From a virus, in IMG/VR virus record IMGVR_UViG_3300042972_000006, positions 38-64,037 of that record: 64,000 nt of DNA; one strand, 5' to 3'. Shown here one piece after another: positions 51,870 to 60,205 of the stretch (position 1 is its first letter; each line of letters begins with the position of its first letter). Made by a program: the position numbers and the translations under genes. The notes under the pieces are model-generated. The model did no database searches and had not been told where the DNA came from. It was given only the letters and a program-made list of their open reading frames with translations.

Positions 51870-52922
51870 ATGGACTTCCTGTCGCGCATGAGGGGCGAGC
51901 GCCCCATCGCCAAGGCGGCGCCGACCCTGACGGAGGAACTCGCCCGTCTGGATGCCCTTCTCGCGCGTCAGGAAGCGGCCATCCGCGCCGCCTTCGATCA
52001 ATACGTCCGGGAGCTGAAGTCCCCGGCCATGGTCAAGGAAATCGCGGACCTTCTCGACCGGGGAGACGTTGAGGGGGCGCTCCGCGTCCTCGACACATAC
52101 GTCTCCCGGATGGCCTCGGTCTTGCCGCGCAACTTCGTCGCGGCCGGAACGGCGGAGGCCTCGGCGCTGGCCGCCCTCCTCTCCAACATGACCCCGAAGA
52201 TCGCGGTCTCGTTTAATGCTGGCGATCCGGTCGCCGCGGCGCTGATGCGATCGGCGACGCTTTCCTTTATCCGCGAGTTCAGCGACCGCCAGCGGGCCGC
52301 GACCCGGTTCGCGCTGGCCGAGAGCATCGCCCGCGGCGACGGATCGGCCGCCGCCGCCCGCGCCTTCCGCTCCAGCATCGGATTGACCGAGCGTCAGCTC
52401 CGATCCGTCATGCGCTATCGCGCGTTACTGGAGAACATGAGCGCTCAGGCTCTCGACGTGGGCCTCCGGGACCGACGCTTCGATCCCACGGTTCGCCGGT
52501 CGGTGGACACCGAGGAGCCGCTGACCCCAGCCCAGATCGACCGCATGGTCGAGGCCTATACGCGCCGGAAACTCATCTCCAGGTCGCAGACCATCGCCCG
52601 GACCGAGGGCGTCCGAACCATGTCGGAGGCCCGGGACGAGGCCTTCAGGCAGATGATGGAGACGAGCGGCATCGACCCTGCCCTCGTCGATGAAATCTGG
52701 AACGCAACCCGGGACAACCGCACCCGCGAGACGCATCGGGAGATGAACCTTCAGGTCGTCCCCTACGGTCAGCCCTTCGTCTCGCCATCCGGCGCCCGCC
52801 TCCGCTATCCGGGAGACCCCAACGCCCCGGCCGAGGAGGTGATCAACTGCCGCTGTCACAAGACGCGCCAGATCAGGCAGGTGGGCCAGCCATTCACCGG
52901 AAAAGTGGTCGAGACCCCTTGA
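51870..52922 (+). CDS. Minor head morphogenesis protein (Mu gpF/SPP1 gp7-like)
   Basis: RSQTIARTE...W.ATRDNRTRETH...LRYPGDP....EVINCRC. Confidence 0.9.
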   Translation: MDFLSRMRGERPIAKAAPTLTEELARLDALLARQEAAIRAAFDQYVRELKSPAMVKEIADLLDRGDVEGALRVLDTYVSRMASVLPRNFVAAGTAEASALAALLSNMTPKIAVSFNAGDPVAAALMRSATLSFIREFSDRQRAATRFALAESIARGDGSAAAARAFRSSIGLTERQLRSVMRYRALLENMSAQALDVGLRDRRFDPTVRRSVDTEEPLTPAQIDRMVEAYTRRKLISRSQTIARTEGVRTMSEARDEAFRQMMETSGIDPALVDEIWNATRDNRTRETHREMNLQVVPYGQPFVSPSGARLRYPGDPNAPAEEVINCRCHKTRQIRQVGQPFTGKVVETP

Positions 52923-52924
52923 TC

Positions 52925-52955
52925 TTGTGGTTAACGGCCCTTTGACGCACTATCC
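52925..52955 (+). promoter_or_regulatory. Candidate late promoter (copy 1)
   Basis: TTGTGG-N17-CACTATCC with TTAAC in the spacer; matches 58461-58491. Confidence 0.55.
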
Positions 52956-52982
52956 GCGCGATTTCAGTGCGGAGGCGTTTCG

Positions 52983-53969
52983 GTGTCAGGCCCCTATCAG
53001 TCCGAGGTCTATGTCCCCCAGCCGATAGGCTCCAAGGACGAGAAGAAGCGGAGGGGCGAGATCGCGAAGCGCGGTCGCCAGCCCCTCTATGTTCGTCGGG
53101 ACGTTGAGAACGCGGACGAAATCGCAGCATGGGCTAAGGCTCAAGGCTTCAAGACCGTGATGGAGGGGCTTCACGTCACCATCGCCTATTCGAAGGAGCC
53201 GGTTGACTGGCTGAAGATGGGCCAGCCCTCGACGTGGGGCGCTCCCGATGATGATGAAGCCGGGAGCGGCCGCCTGGTGATCCCGGCCGGTGGTCCCCGC
53301 GTCCTGACCTCCTTCGACAAGCCGGGCCTCGCCGTCCTCGGCTTCGCGTCGAGCGAACTCGGCTGGCGGAATCGCGAGATGCAGGATCGTGGCGCGTCGT
53401 GGGATCACGACGGCTATACGCCGCATATCACGATCTCATGGGACGCCGGGGACGTCGATCTCGAAGCGATGAAGCCCTACACGGGCCGAATCGTCCTCGG
53501 TCCGGAAATCTTCGAGCCGATCAACTCGGGATGGCGCGAGACCATCGTCGAGAAGAAGGGCTCGGAACTCCGAAAGGCCCACGTCACCGACGTCGGAGAG
53601 CATGGCCTCGTTTTTGGCTTCGCCGTGGTCTCGAAGGTCAACGGCCAGCCCTACTATGACCGCCAGATCGGGGAGGACGGCCGCCCGCGCGCTGACCACA
53701 TTCCCGAAGAGGCGATGCTCGACGCGGCGCTCGACTACATGAAGCGTTCCCGGGCGGCGAAACAGATGCATGAGGGCGACGTCGACGGCATGGTTCCGTT
53801 CGCGATCCCCCTGACGACTGACATCCGGAAGTTCATCGTCGAGAACGATACGACCGGGCTTTTGATCGGGATGCTTCCCGCTCCCGATGCGCTCGCGAAG
53901 TTCAAGAGCGGCGACTACACCGGCTTCTCAATCGGTGGTAGTCGAATCGTTGACGAGGAGGTCTCCTGA
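52983..53969 (+). CDS. 2H phosphoesterase (Acb1-like) fused to XkdF-like prohead protease
   Basis: GGAGG then GTG; PLYVRRDVENA, LHVTIAYS and YTPHITIS (two HxT motifs); C-terminal LVFGFA, QMH, YTGFSIGG. Confidence 0.8.
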   Translation: MSGPYQSEVYVPQPIGSKDEKKRRGEIAKRGRQPLYVRRDVENADEIAAWAKAQGFKTVMEGLHVTIAYSKEPVDWLKMGQPSTWGAPDDDEAGSGRLVIPAGGPRVLTSFDKPGLAVLGFASSELGWRNREMQDRGASWDHDGYTPHITISWDAGDVDLEAMKPYTGRIVLGPEIFEPINSGWRETIVEKKGSELRKAHVTDVGEHGLVFGFAVVSKVNGQPYYDRQIGEDGRPRADHIPEEAMLDAALDYMKRSRAAKQMHEGDVDGMVPFAIPLTTDIRKFIVENDTTGLLIGMLPAPDALAKFKSGDYTGFSIGGSRIVDEEVS

Positions 53970-53971
53970 TC

Positions 53972-54868
53972 ATGCGCCGAAACATCATGCGGAAGTTAGA
54001 GATCAGCGAGATCAGCGGCGTCGACGTTCCCTGTCAGGAAGGCGCTACGGCGGCTTTTTTCAAACGCGGCGCTCCTGCCGCCAAACCCGGAGAGGACAGC
54101 ATGTCTCCTGAAATCAAGAAGAGCCTCGGCCTGGCGGAGACCGCCACGGATGCCGAGGTCGCGGCGGCGATCACGAAGAACGCCGAAACGCTGGCCAAGG
54201 CGCAAGCCGACGCCGCCGAAGCCCTGAAGAAGTCCACCCTGTCGGACGAAACCCGGGCTCACTATGCCGATCTCGCCAAGAAGGACGAGAAGGCGGCGAA
54301 GGACTTCCTCGACAAGGACGAGGAGGCCCGCAAGGCCGAGGTCGCCAAGGCCAAGGCTGGGGATGAGACCTTCACCTCGGTCGATGGCGCCGTCATCTCG
54401 AAGCGCGCGGTCGGTGACAGCGTGTATTCGATCCTCAAGGGTCAGGATGCGCGCATCAAGGCTCAGGGCGAGGAGATCGCCAAGGCGGCCGAGGCGACCC
54501 AGAACGCGGAAATCCGCAAGCGCGCGGCGGTCGAGTTCCCGCATCTGGCCGGTTCGGAAGACGACCGATTCTCGGTCCTCAAGTATCTGGCCAAGGCCCC
54601 CGACGACGTTCGCAAGGCGGCCGACGCCATCTTCAAGGCGGCCGAGGCCTCCGCGAAGTTCGCCTTCTCGAAGGCCGGTCGCGGCGCTGCCCCGGGCGAA
54701 GGCCCCGGCGGCGATTCCCCCGAGGCGAAGCTCAATGCTCTGGCCAAGCGTCATCAGGACGCGAACGCCGCTTCGGGTATGAGCTTCGAGAAGGCCTATG
54801 ACGCGGTTCTCTCGACCCCGGAAGGCGCCGCCCTCTATGAGAAAATGTCGGCCCCGGCGGTTGACTGA
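53972..54868 (+). CDS. Capsid scaffolding protein
   Basis: EISGVDVPCQEGA N-terminus; A/K/E-rich helices; C-terminal MSFEKAYDAVL; upstream of capsid genes. Confidence 0.7.
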   Translation: MRRNIMRKLEISEISGVDVPCQEGATAAFFKRGAPAAKPGEDSMSPEIKKSLGLAETATDAEVAAAITKNAETLAKAQADAAEALKKSTLSDETRAHYADLAKKDEKAAKDFLDKDEEARKAEVAKAKAGDETFTSVDGAVISKRAVGDSVYSILKGQDARIKAQGEEIAKAAEATQNAEIRKRAAVEFPHLAGSEDDRFSVLKYLAKAPDDVRKAADAIFKAAEASAKFAFSKAGRGAAPGEGPGGDSPEAKLNALAKRHQDANAASGMSFEKAYDAVLSTPEGAALYEKMSAPAVD

Positions 54869-54950
54869 CCTCCGGCGGGCGGGGCTTCGGCTCCGCCCAT
54901 AACCCCACGGATCGGGCTGACTTCCAGCCCAGGCAGAAGGAAAAAACGAG

Positions 54951-55337
54951 ATGCCTCTCGGCGCTTATGAAGAACACCTTCAGGTCATCAGCCTGAACGC
55001 CTCCGAGGACTACTCGGAGCCGACCAACACCTCCGCTGACAAGGTGGGCCTGAACCGCTTCGTCGTCATCGACCCGGCCAACAACGATCAGTTCACTCGC
55101 TCGGGTAACAATGGCGAAGTCATCGGCGTCCTGACCACCCGTCCCGGCGTCGGCTCCCCCGGCCGGATCGGCATCAGCGGGATTGTCCCCGTTGAGCTGG
55201 GCGCCGATCTTGCCGCTGGCGCTGCGGTTGCTTCCGATGCTGACGGCCGCGCCAAGGCCGCCGGTTCCAGCCCTCGCGGCGGTCGCCTCCTTCAGGCTGG
55301 CGTCGCCGGCGAGATCGTCGCTTGCCTTCTGGGCTAA
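54951..55337 (+). CDS. Capsid decoration/cement protein
   Basis: VIGVL...GIVPVELGADLAAGAAVASDADGRA...AGVAGEIV. Confidence 0.75.
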   Translation: MPLGAYEEHLQVISLNASEDYSEPTNTSADKVGLNRFVVIDPANNDQFTRSGNNGEVIGVLTTRPGVGSPGRIGISGIVPVELGADLAAGAAVASDADGRAKAAGSSPRGGRLLQAGVAGEIVACLLG

Positions 55338-55414
55338 GCTCTCCCTCCCACCCCTAACCCCCGTTCAGTAGCGGTTGCACCACGCCGCCCCACCACTCCA
55401 GAGGAGAACCCCGG

Positions 55415-56416
55415 ATGTCCGGTCCCCTGCAAGGCGACGTGTATGTCTCGACCCCGCTGACGAATGTCGCGGTCGCCTATTTTCAAACCGCCCGCAACTT
55501 CATTGCGGACCGTGTTTTCCCCAACATTCCGGTTCAGCTCCAAGGCGGGCAATACTGGATTTATGATCGCGAAGACTGGAACCGCGATCAGATGAAGAAG
55601 CGCGCCGACGCCACCGAGTCGGCTGGCGGCGGCTACAAGCTGACCCGCGCGCCCTACTTCGCGGACGTGTGGGCCTTCCACAAGGACATTGGCGATCAGA
55701 CGCGGGCCAACGCTGGCGGCATGATCAACATGGACCGCGACGCGACGAACTTCGTCTCGATGAAGGGCGTCCTCCGCCGCGAGATCGCTTTCGCGGAAGA
55801 CTATCTCCGCCCTGGCGTGTGGGACTTCGAACTCGACGGGGTGTCCGCGACCCCGACGGCTGGCGAGTTCCTGCAATGGAGCGATCCGAACTCGACCCCC
55901 ATCGAGGACGTTCGCACCGCCAAGCGCCGCGTCCTTCAGCGCACCGGCTTCCTGCCGAACAAGCTGACCCTCGGCGTCGCGGTGTATGACGCCCTGTTGG
56001 ATCACCCGGACATCATCGACCGCATCAAATACGGTCAGACCCCGGGCGCTCCGGCGATGGCCAATGAGCAAATCCTCGCCCAGCTCTTCGAGGTCGAGGA
56101 AGTTCTCGTCTCCCGTGCGATCAGCAACTTCGCCACCACGGGCGCGGACGAGAACAATGACTTCATCGTCGGGAACCACGCTCTGCTGAGCTACGCCCCG
56201 GCGAGCCCTTCGATCCTGGAACCGTCGGCCGGTTACACGTTCTCGTGGACCGGATACCTCGGCGCCGGGGCTCAGGGGATGCGGATCAAGCGGTTCCGTA
56301 TGGAGCAGCTCGCGGCCGACCGAGTTGAAATCGAGATGGCCTTCGATCAGAGGGTTGTCGCGAAAGACCTCGGCTTCCTGTTCGCGAACGCCGCCTTCCT
56401 GCCCGCCTCGGCTTAA
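55415..56416 (+). CDS. Major capsid protein
   Basis: 333 aa; GAGGAG RBS; LTNVAVAY...FIADRVFP.IPV; W.DPNSTPIEDV; PSAGYTF. Confidence 0.9.
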   Translation: MSGPLQGDVYVSTPLTNVAVAYFQTARNFIADRVFPNIPVQLQGGQYWIYDREDWNRDQMKKRADATESAGGGYKLTRAPYFADVWAFHKDIGDQTRANAGGMINMDRDATNFVSMKGVLRREIAFAEDYLRPGVWDFELDGVSATPTAGEFLQWSDPNSTPIEDVRTAKRRVLQRTGFLPNKLTLGVAVYDALLDHPDIIDRIKYGQTPGAPAMANEQILAQLFEVEEVLVSRAISNFATTGADENNDFIVGNHALLSYAPASPSILEPSAGYTFSWTGYLGAGAQGMRIKRFRMEQLAADRVEIEMAFDQRVVAKDLGFLFANAAFLPASA

Positions 56417-56457
56417 CGCCGGGCGGGCGCCACGGGATCGAATGAGGAGAACGACCC

Positions 56458-57249
56458 ATGCGCCACCAAGTCCGAACCAAGTTCGATCCCACCCGCGACT
56501 TCACGGCCCGGAGGCGGATGACCGTCTCCGGGGTTCCGTGCGAACCCGGGGAGCTGTTCGACAAGACGCTCCTCACTCCCCGACGCCTCCGCGTCTTCTT
56601 CGAGACCCGCCGCCTCGTCTACATGGACGCCCCGGTCGGTGGTGCGAGGATGACCGAAGAGGAGGCGTCCACGACGCGGCGCGGCGCCCATGCGGTGCGC
56701 GCCTCGGAGAACGCCAAGCGCCACGCGGCCCACTTCGCCAAGAAAGAGCGCGAGGACGCCAAGAAGCGCGCCGAGGATGCCGCCAAGGCTCCGCCGCCGC
56801 GCAAGCGCAACTCCCCCCGCAAGATCGAAGGCCTGAAGGCCGATGCGCCGGCGACCGCCCCGGCGCCGAAGACCAAGGCTCCGAAGCCCGCCAAGGCCGC
56901 CAAACCCGCGAAGAAGACGCTGACCGCCGAGGGCGCGGCGTTTCGGGACAAGATGGCCGCCGCGCGCGCCGCCAAGAAGTCCGGCGTCCCGGCGGTCGTC
57001 CAGAGCGGGGAAACCGCCGCTCCCGCCGAGCCGAAGACCCTCAAGCCGCTGAAGCGCGCCGAGACGGTGACGGACACCGCTGCGATTGACGCCGCGCGCG
57101 CCGCCGTGACGATCCCGGACGGGTGGGAAACGCTGGAATGGAATGCGCTGTCCAGTCTGGCCGCCCAGCTCTCCGACGATCCGATCAAGAGCAAGGTTCA
57201 GGCGCTCCAGGTCATCGCGAAGGAGATTGACCGCCGTGGGAATGCTTGA
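56458..57249 (+). CDS. Lys/Ala/Pro-rich basic virion-associated protein
   Basis: KAPKPAKAAKPAKK histone H1-like core; C-terminal helical domain IPDGWETLEW. Confidence 0.7.
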   Translation: MRHQVRTKFDPTRDFTARRRMTVSGVPCEPGELFDKTLLTPRRLRVFFETRRLVYMDAPVGGARMTEEEASTTRRGAHAVRASENAKRHAAHFAKKEREDAKKRAEDAAKAPPPRKRNSPRKIEGLKADAPATAPAPKTKAPKPAKAAKPAKKTLTAEGAAFRDKMAAARAAKKSGVPAVVQSGETAAPAEPKTLKPLKRAETVTDTAAIDAARAAVTIPDGWETLEWNALSSLAAQLSDDPIKSKVQALQVIAKEIDRRGNA

Positions 57250-57625
57250 CGGACAGCTCGCCTCCGCGATCTTTGCCGGGTTCAAGGGGCGCCTCTCCAA
57301 GGGGCGCCTTCTCCGTATGGGGGGCGGAACAGGACTGGACGAGAACGGCGATCCCGTGGCCGAGGCCCCGACGCTGTTCAACCTCGAAGGCTTCGAGGAC
57401 AAATATTCCGACGCCTATAAGGCTGTCGCGGGGATTCCGGTCGAGGACGTGAAGGTCTGCATCTTCGGCGCATCCCTCCCGGTTCGCCCCCTGAAGGATG
57501 ATCGCGTCGGCCTGACGCGGGCCGGGGTCGAGACGTGGTATCAGCTCCGAGCGGATGGGACCGACCCGGCCGCCGCCCTGTGGGAATGCCGGGCGTTCGT
57601 CATCCCCAAGCCCTCGGAGGTTTGA
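57242..57625 (+). CDS. Head closure / head-tail connector
   Basis: AAGGAG RBS; C-terminal TDPAAALWECRA; position. Confidence 0.7.
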   Translation: MLDGQLASAIFAGFKGRLSKGRLLRMGGGTGLDENGDPVAEAPTLFNLEGFEDKYSDAYKAVAGIPVEDVKVCIFGASLPVRPLKDDRVGLTRAGVETWYQLRADGTDPAAALWECRAFVIPKPSEV

Positions 57626-57627
57626 TC

Positions 57628-58029
57628 ATGCCGGTGAAGTGGAACGGCGCTGAGGTGCGAAAGAGGATCGTGGACGGCGCTTTCCGGGGCGTGGTGCGTG
57701 GAACCGAGCGCGTCCACCACACCGGGACGCGGAAGATCATGGACCCGCCCAAGACGGGCAAGAAGTGGCCCAGCCTCCCGAATCAGTCATCGGCGCCCGG
57801 GGAAGCTCCGGCAACCCAGAGCGGCGATCTCCAACGGTCCGGGAAGACCGTCTATGACAAGGAGACGCTGACCGGCACGGCCACATGGACCGCCGCCCAT
57901 GCGCTGAGGCTAGAAAAGGGAACCCCGACCATCGAGCCGCGCCCCTTCGGCGTCCCGTCGCTCATGGAGAACATTGAGGGCATCCGTCAGGACGTGGCGG
58001 ACGAGATTGCGAGGGCGCTGAACTCATGA
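57628..58029 (+). CDS. Neck protein (HK97 gp10-like)
   Basis: SAPGEAPATQSGDL...LEKGT..IEPRPF. Confidence 0.8.
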   Translation: MPVKWNGAEVRKRIVDGAFRGVVRGTERVHHTGTRKIMDPPKTGKKWPSLPNQSSAPGEAPATQSGDLQRSGKTVYDKETLTGTATWTAAHALRLEKGTPTIEPRPFGVPSLMENIEGIRQDVADEIARALNS

Positions 58030-58472
58030 GCGATCCGATTGAACCGATCTCGGCGGCGATCCGGGCCTCGATCCTTGCGGATCCCGCGATCGTCGACCTC
58101 CTCGGCGTCTGGAAGGGAGAGGCGTCGATCCATACGCGCCGCCCGGTCCCCAAGGATGCGCCCTATCCGCTCGTTCTCGCCCCCAGCACAAACGCCGGGG
58201 CGACGAACGAGGACGGCCTCGTCTCGCGTCGGCCGCTCTTGGTCAGGGACGTCTTCGTCTATGGCGTCCAGCCGACCGATCTCCGGACGGTCGATGCCGC
58301 CGCCGAACTGATCTCCGCGCGCTTCCATCGCAAGCGCTTCGCGCTGACCATCCCGGGTTATCACGTCGTGGACATCATCGCGGACCGGCCGCGTCCGGCC
58401 CCGGTGGACAATGACAGCCAGGTCGGCCGCCTCGTTCAGCTTCAGCTCAGGCTCAAGGACTTGTCGGGTTAA
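58026..58472 (+). CDS. Tail terminator (DUF3168-like)
   Basis: AIRASILADPAI...P.DAPYP; upstream of the tail tube gene. Confidence 0.75.
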   Translation: MSDPIEPISAAIRASILADPAIVDLLGVWKGEASIHTRRPVPKDAPYPLVLAPSTNAGATNEDGLVSRRPLLVRDVFVYGVQPTDLRTVDAAAELISARFHRKRFALTIPGYHVVDIIADRPRPAPVDNDSQVGRLVQLQLRLKDLSG

Positions 58473-58491
58473 CCCTGTTTCGTCACTATCC
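58461..58491 (+). promoter_or_regulatory. Candidate late promoter (copy 2)
   Basis: TTGTCG-N17-CACTATCC with GTTAAC in the spacer. Confidence 0.55.
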
Positions 58492-58538
58492 AGCCAGCCG
58501 CCCCGACCCGCTGGCGCGCTTTGAAGGAGTATCCCGTC

Positions 58539-59003
58539 ATGACCATCAACACCGCTGGCGGCGTTCGCGTTTTCATCGGAACGACCGCCCCCGCTGCCGA
58601 CGTCGCTGAGTTCGAACAGGACTCGTATATCGAGGTCGGTGAAGTCGAAGACGCTGGCGAAGTCGGTGACGAAGCCGAACAGATCACGTTCACGGCTCTG
58701 AAGGACGGCCGCGTCCGGAAGCTGAAGGGGCCGAAGGACGCCGGGACCATGGCCATCGTCTGCGGCGCCGACACGTCCGACGAGGGGCAGAACGCCTTGA
58801 TCGCCGCCGAGGCGACGCCGCTCAACTACAACTTTATGGTGATCCTGAACGATCAGCTCACCATCAACGGCGAGCCGACCCGGATTTATTTCCGTGGCCT
58901 GGTGATGTCGAAGCGCCGCAACATCGGCAACGTCTCCAACGTCGTCCGCTACACCTTCAACGTGGGGGTGAATACGGAGCTGTATGAGGTTCCCGCGACC
59001 TGA
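58539..59003 (+). CDS. Major tail tube protein
   Basis: AAGGAG RBS; EVGEVEDAGEVGD...RKLKGPKDAG...D.GQ.AL. Confidence 0.9.
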   Translation: MTINTAGGVRVFIGTTAPAADVAEFEQDSYIEVGEVEDAGEVGDEAEQITFTALKDGRVRKLKGPKDAGTMAIVCGADTSDEGQNALIAAEATPLNYNFMVILNDQLTINGEPTRIYFRGLVMSKRRNIGNVSNVVRYTFNVGVNTELYEVPAT

Positions 59004-59040
59004 TCGGCTAGACCGATCTCAGCTCCAAGCCTACAGATGG

Positions 59041-59068
59041 GCCGTCCGGTTTTCGCCGGGCGGCTTTT
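59041..59068 (+). terminator. Terminator after the tail tube gene
   Basis: GCCGTCCGG-TTTTCG-CCGGGCGGC-TTTT. Confidence 0.75.
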
Positions 59069-59088
59069 CTGCATCTGGAGAGACACAC

Positions 59089-59505
59089 ATGACCGACAAA
59101 CGAGAGATCGGCGCGGGGGATGTTCCGCTGACCATCGACGGCACCGAAACGAAGCTCACGCCATCCCTTCAGGCCTGTCTCGCGCTCTCGCGTGAAAGCG
59201 GCGGCCTCTACGGTCCGGGTTCGATCTCGGATCGCATCATGCGCTATGACTTCGACGCTTTCGAAGTCGTCATCCGGGCCGGGCTGGGCCTCGGCTCCTC
59301 GGCTGTGAAGAACCTCCCCGAGCAAATCTATCAGACGGGCCTTCTGAACCTCATCCAGCCCTGCACGAAGTTCATCGCCATCGTGGCCAACGGCGGCCAG
59401 CCGAAGACGAATGAGGAGGAGGAAGAGGAAGAGCGCCGCCCTACCTCGCAAGCCTCGCCATCTTCGACCGGCGAGGAGACGGCTCAGGCGGGGGAGAGCG
59501 CCTAA
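59089..59505 (+). CDS. Tail assembly chaperone (gpG-like)
   Basis: GGAG RBS; between tail tube and tape measure; LTPSLQAC...ANGG. Confidence 0.8.
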   Translation: MTDKREIGAGDVPLTIDGTETKLTPSLQACLALSRESGGLYGPGSISDRIMRYDFDAFEVVIRAGLGLGSSAVKNLPEQIYQTGLLNLIQPCTKFIAIVANGGQPKTNEEEEEEERRPTSQASPSSTGEETAQAGESA

Positions 59506-59885
59506 CCCTTCCGGATTACTATCGGGAGATCGCCAAGATTGCCCTCGGGCGTCTCGGGTGGTCTCCCGACGTGGCCATGTCCACGGACGTCAATCTGATC
59601 CTGATCGCGGCTGAGGGCCATGACGACGCGCAAGCGGACATCATCGACGCCATATATGCCGCGAACGGCATCAAGCCCCCCTCGCTGCGGCGAGAGGAGC
59701 TTCGACAGACCAACAAGAGGATGACGAGCGACGCCTTCAAGGCGTTCGCTCAACGTCACAACGCCGCGTTTAAAGCGGCAACTCGGAGGCGGGGGTCCAA
59801 ACATGGACAGTCCGCCCCCGCGAAGGGAATACCGTCAGGCGGACGGCCGCCCCGGCCGACTCAGAGACGGAAAACGGAGCCCTGA
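59502..59885 (+). CDS. Tail assembly chaperone extension (gpT-like; probable -1 frameshift)
   Basis: The -1 frame reads LTLPDYYREIAKIALGRLGWSPDVAM; no start with a strong RBS; GGGGGAG just before the gpG stop. Confidence 0.6.
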   Translation, partial: LTLPDYYREIAKIALGRLGWSPDVAMSTDVNLILIAAEGHDDAQADIIDAIYAANGIKPPSLRREELRQTNKRMTSDAFKAFAQRHNAAFKAATRRRGSKHGQSAPAKGIPSGGRPPRPTQRRKTEP

Positions 59886-60144
59886 AGGAAGAGCAGCGCC
59901 CTCCCTCCTCAAGGAGGGTGCGCTCGACCTCTTCCCGAACCATGGCGTCGGCCGGGTCGGAACACCCCCACATATCTCCGATGATCGACATTGCCGGATC
60001 GTGCATGGTGGCGGCGAGGACGCGCATGTCGTCTTGGGCGCGCATCTCCGTTGAGGTTTCAGCGATCATTGCGCCGATCCCGGCGAGGGCGGTGACGGCG
60101 AGGACAGTTGCGCCGCCTAGTGATGCAAACCGATGGGCTTTCAT
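59770..60144 (-). CDS. Counter-oriented membrane-anchored moron protein
   Basis: GGAG RBS; N-terminal hydrophobic helix; two Cys; sits between chaperones and tape measure. Confidence 0.55.
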   Translation of the reverse strand: MKAHRFASLGGATVLAVTALAGIGAMIAETSTEMRAQDDMRVLAATMHDPAMSIIGDMWGCSDPADAMVREEVERTLLEEGGRCSSFRAPFSVSESAGAAVRLTVFPSRGRTVHVWTPASELPL

Positions 60145-60205
60145 GGCATGGTCTCCGTTGCTGGCCCCTCCGCTGTAACGCCTATTGCTTAAGGAAAGGT
60201 TGACG

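Noticed and set aside
52931-52946. Full CtrA box (TTAA-N7-TTGAC)
   Set aside because: One mismatch to the consensus and the second half-site is absent in the 58461 copy; kept only as part of the late-promoter motif
54877-54898. cUUCGg hairpin after the scaffold gene as a terminator
   Set aside because: No U-tract; more likely an mRNA stability or processing hairpin
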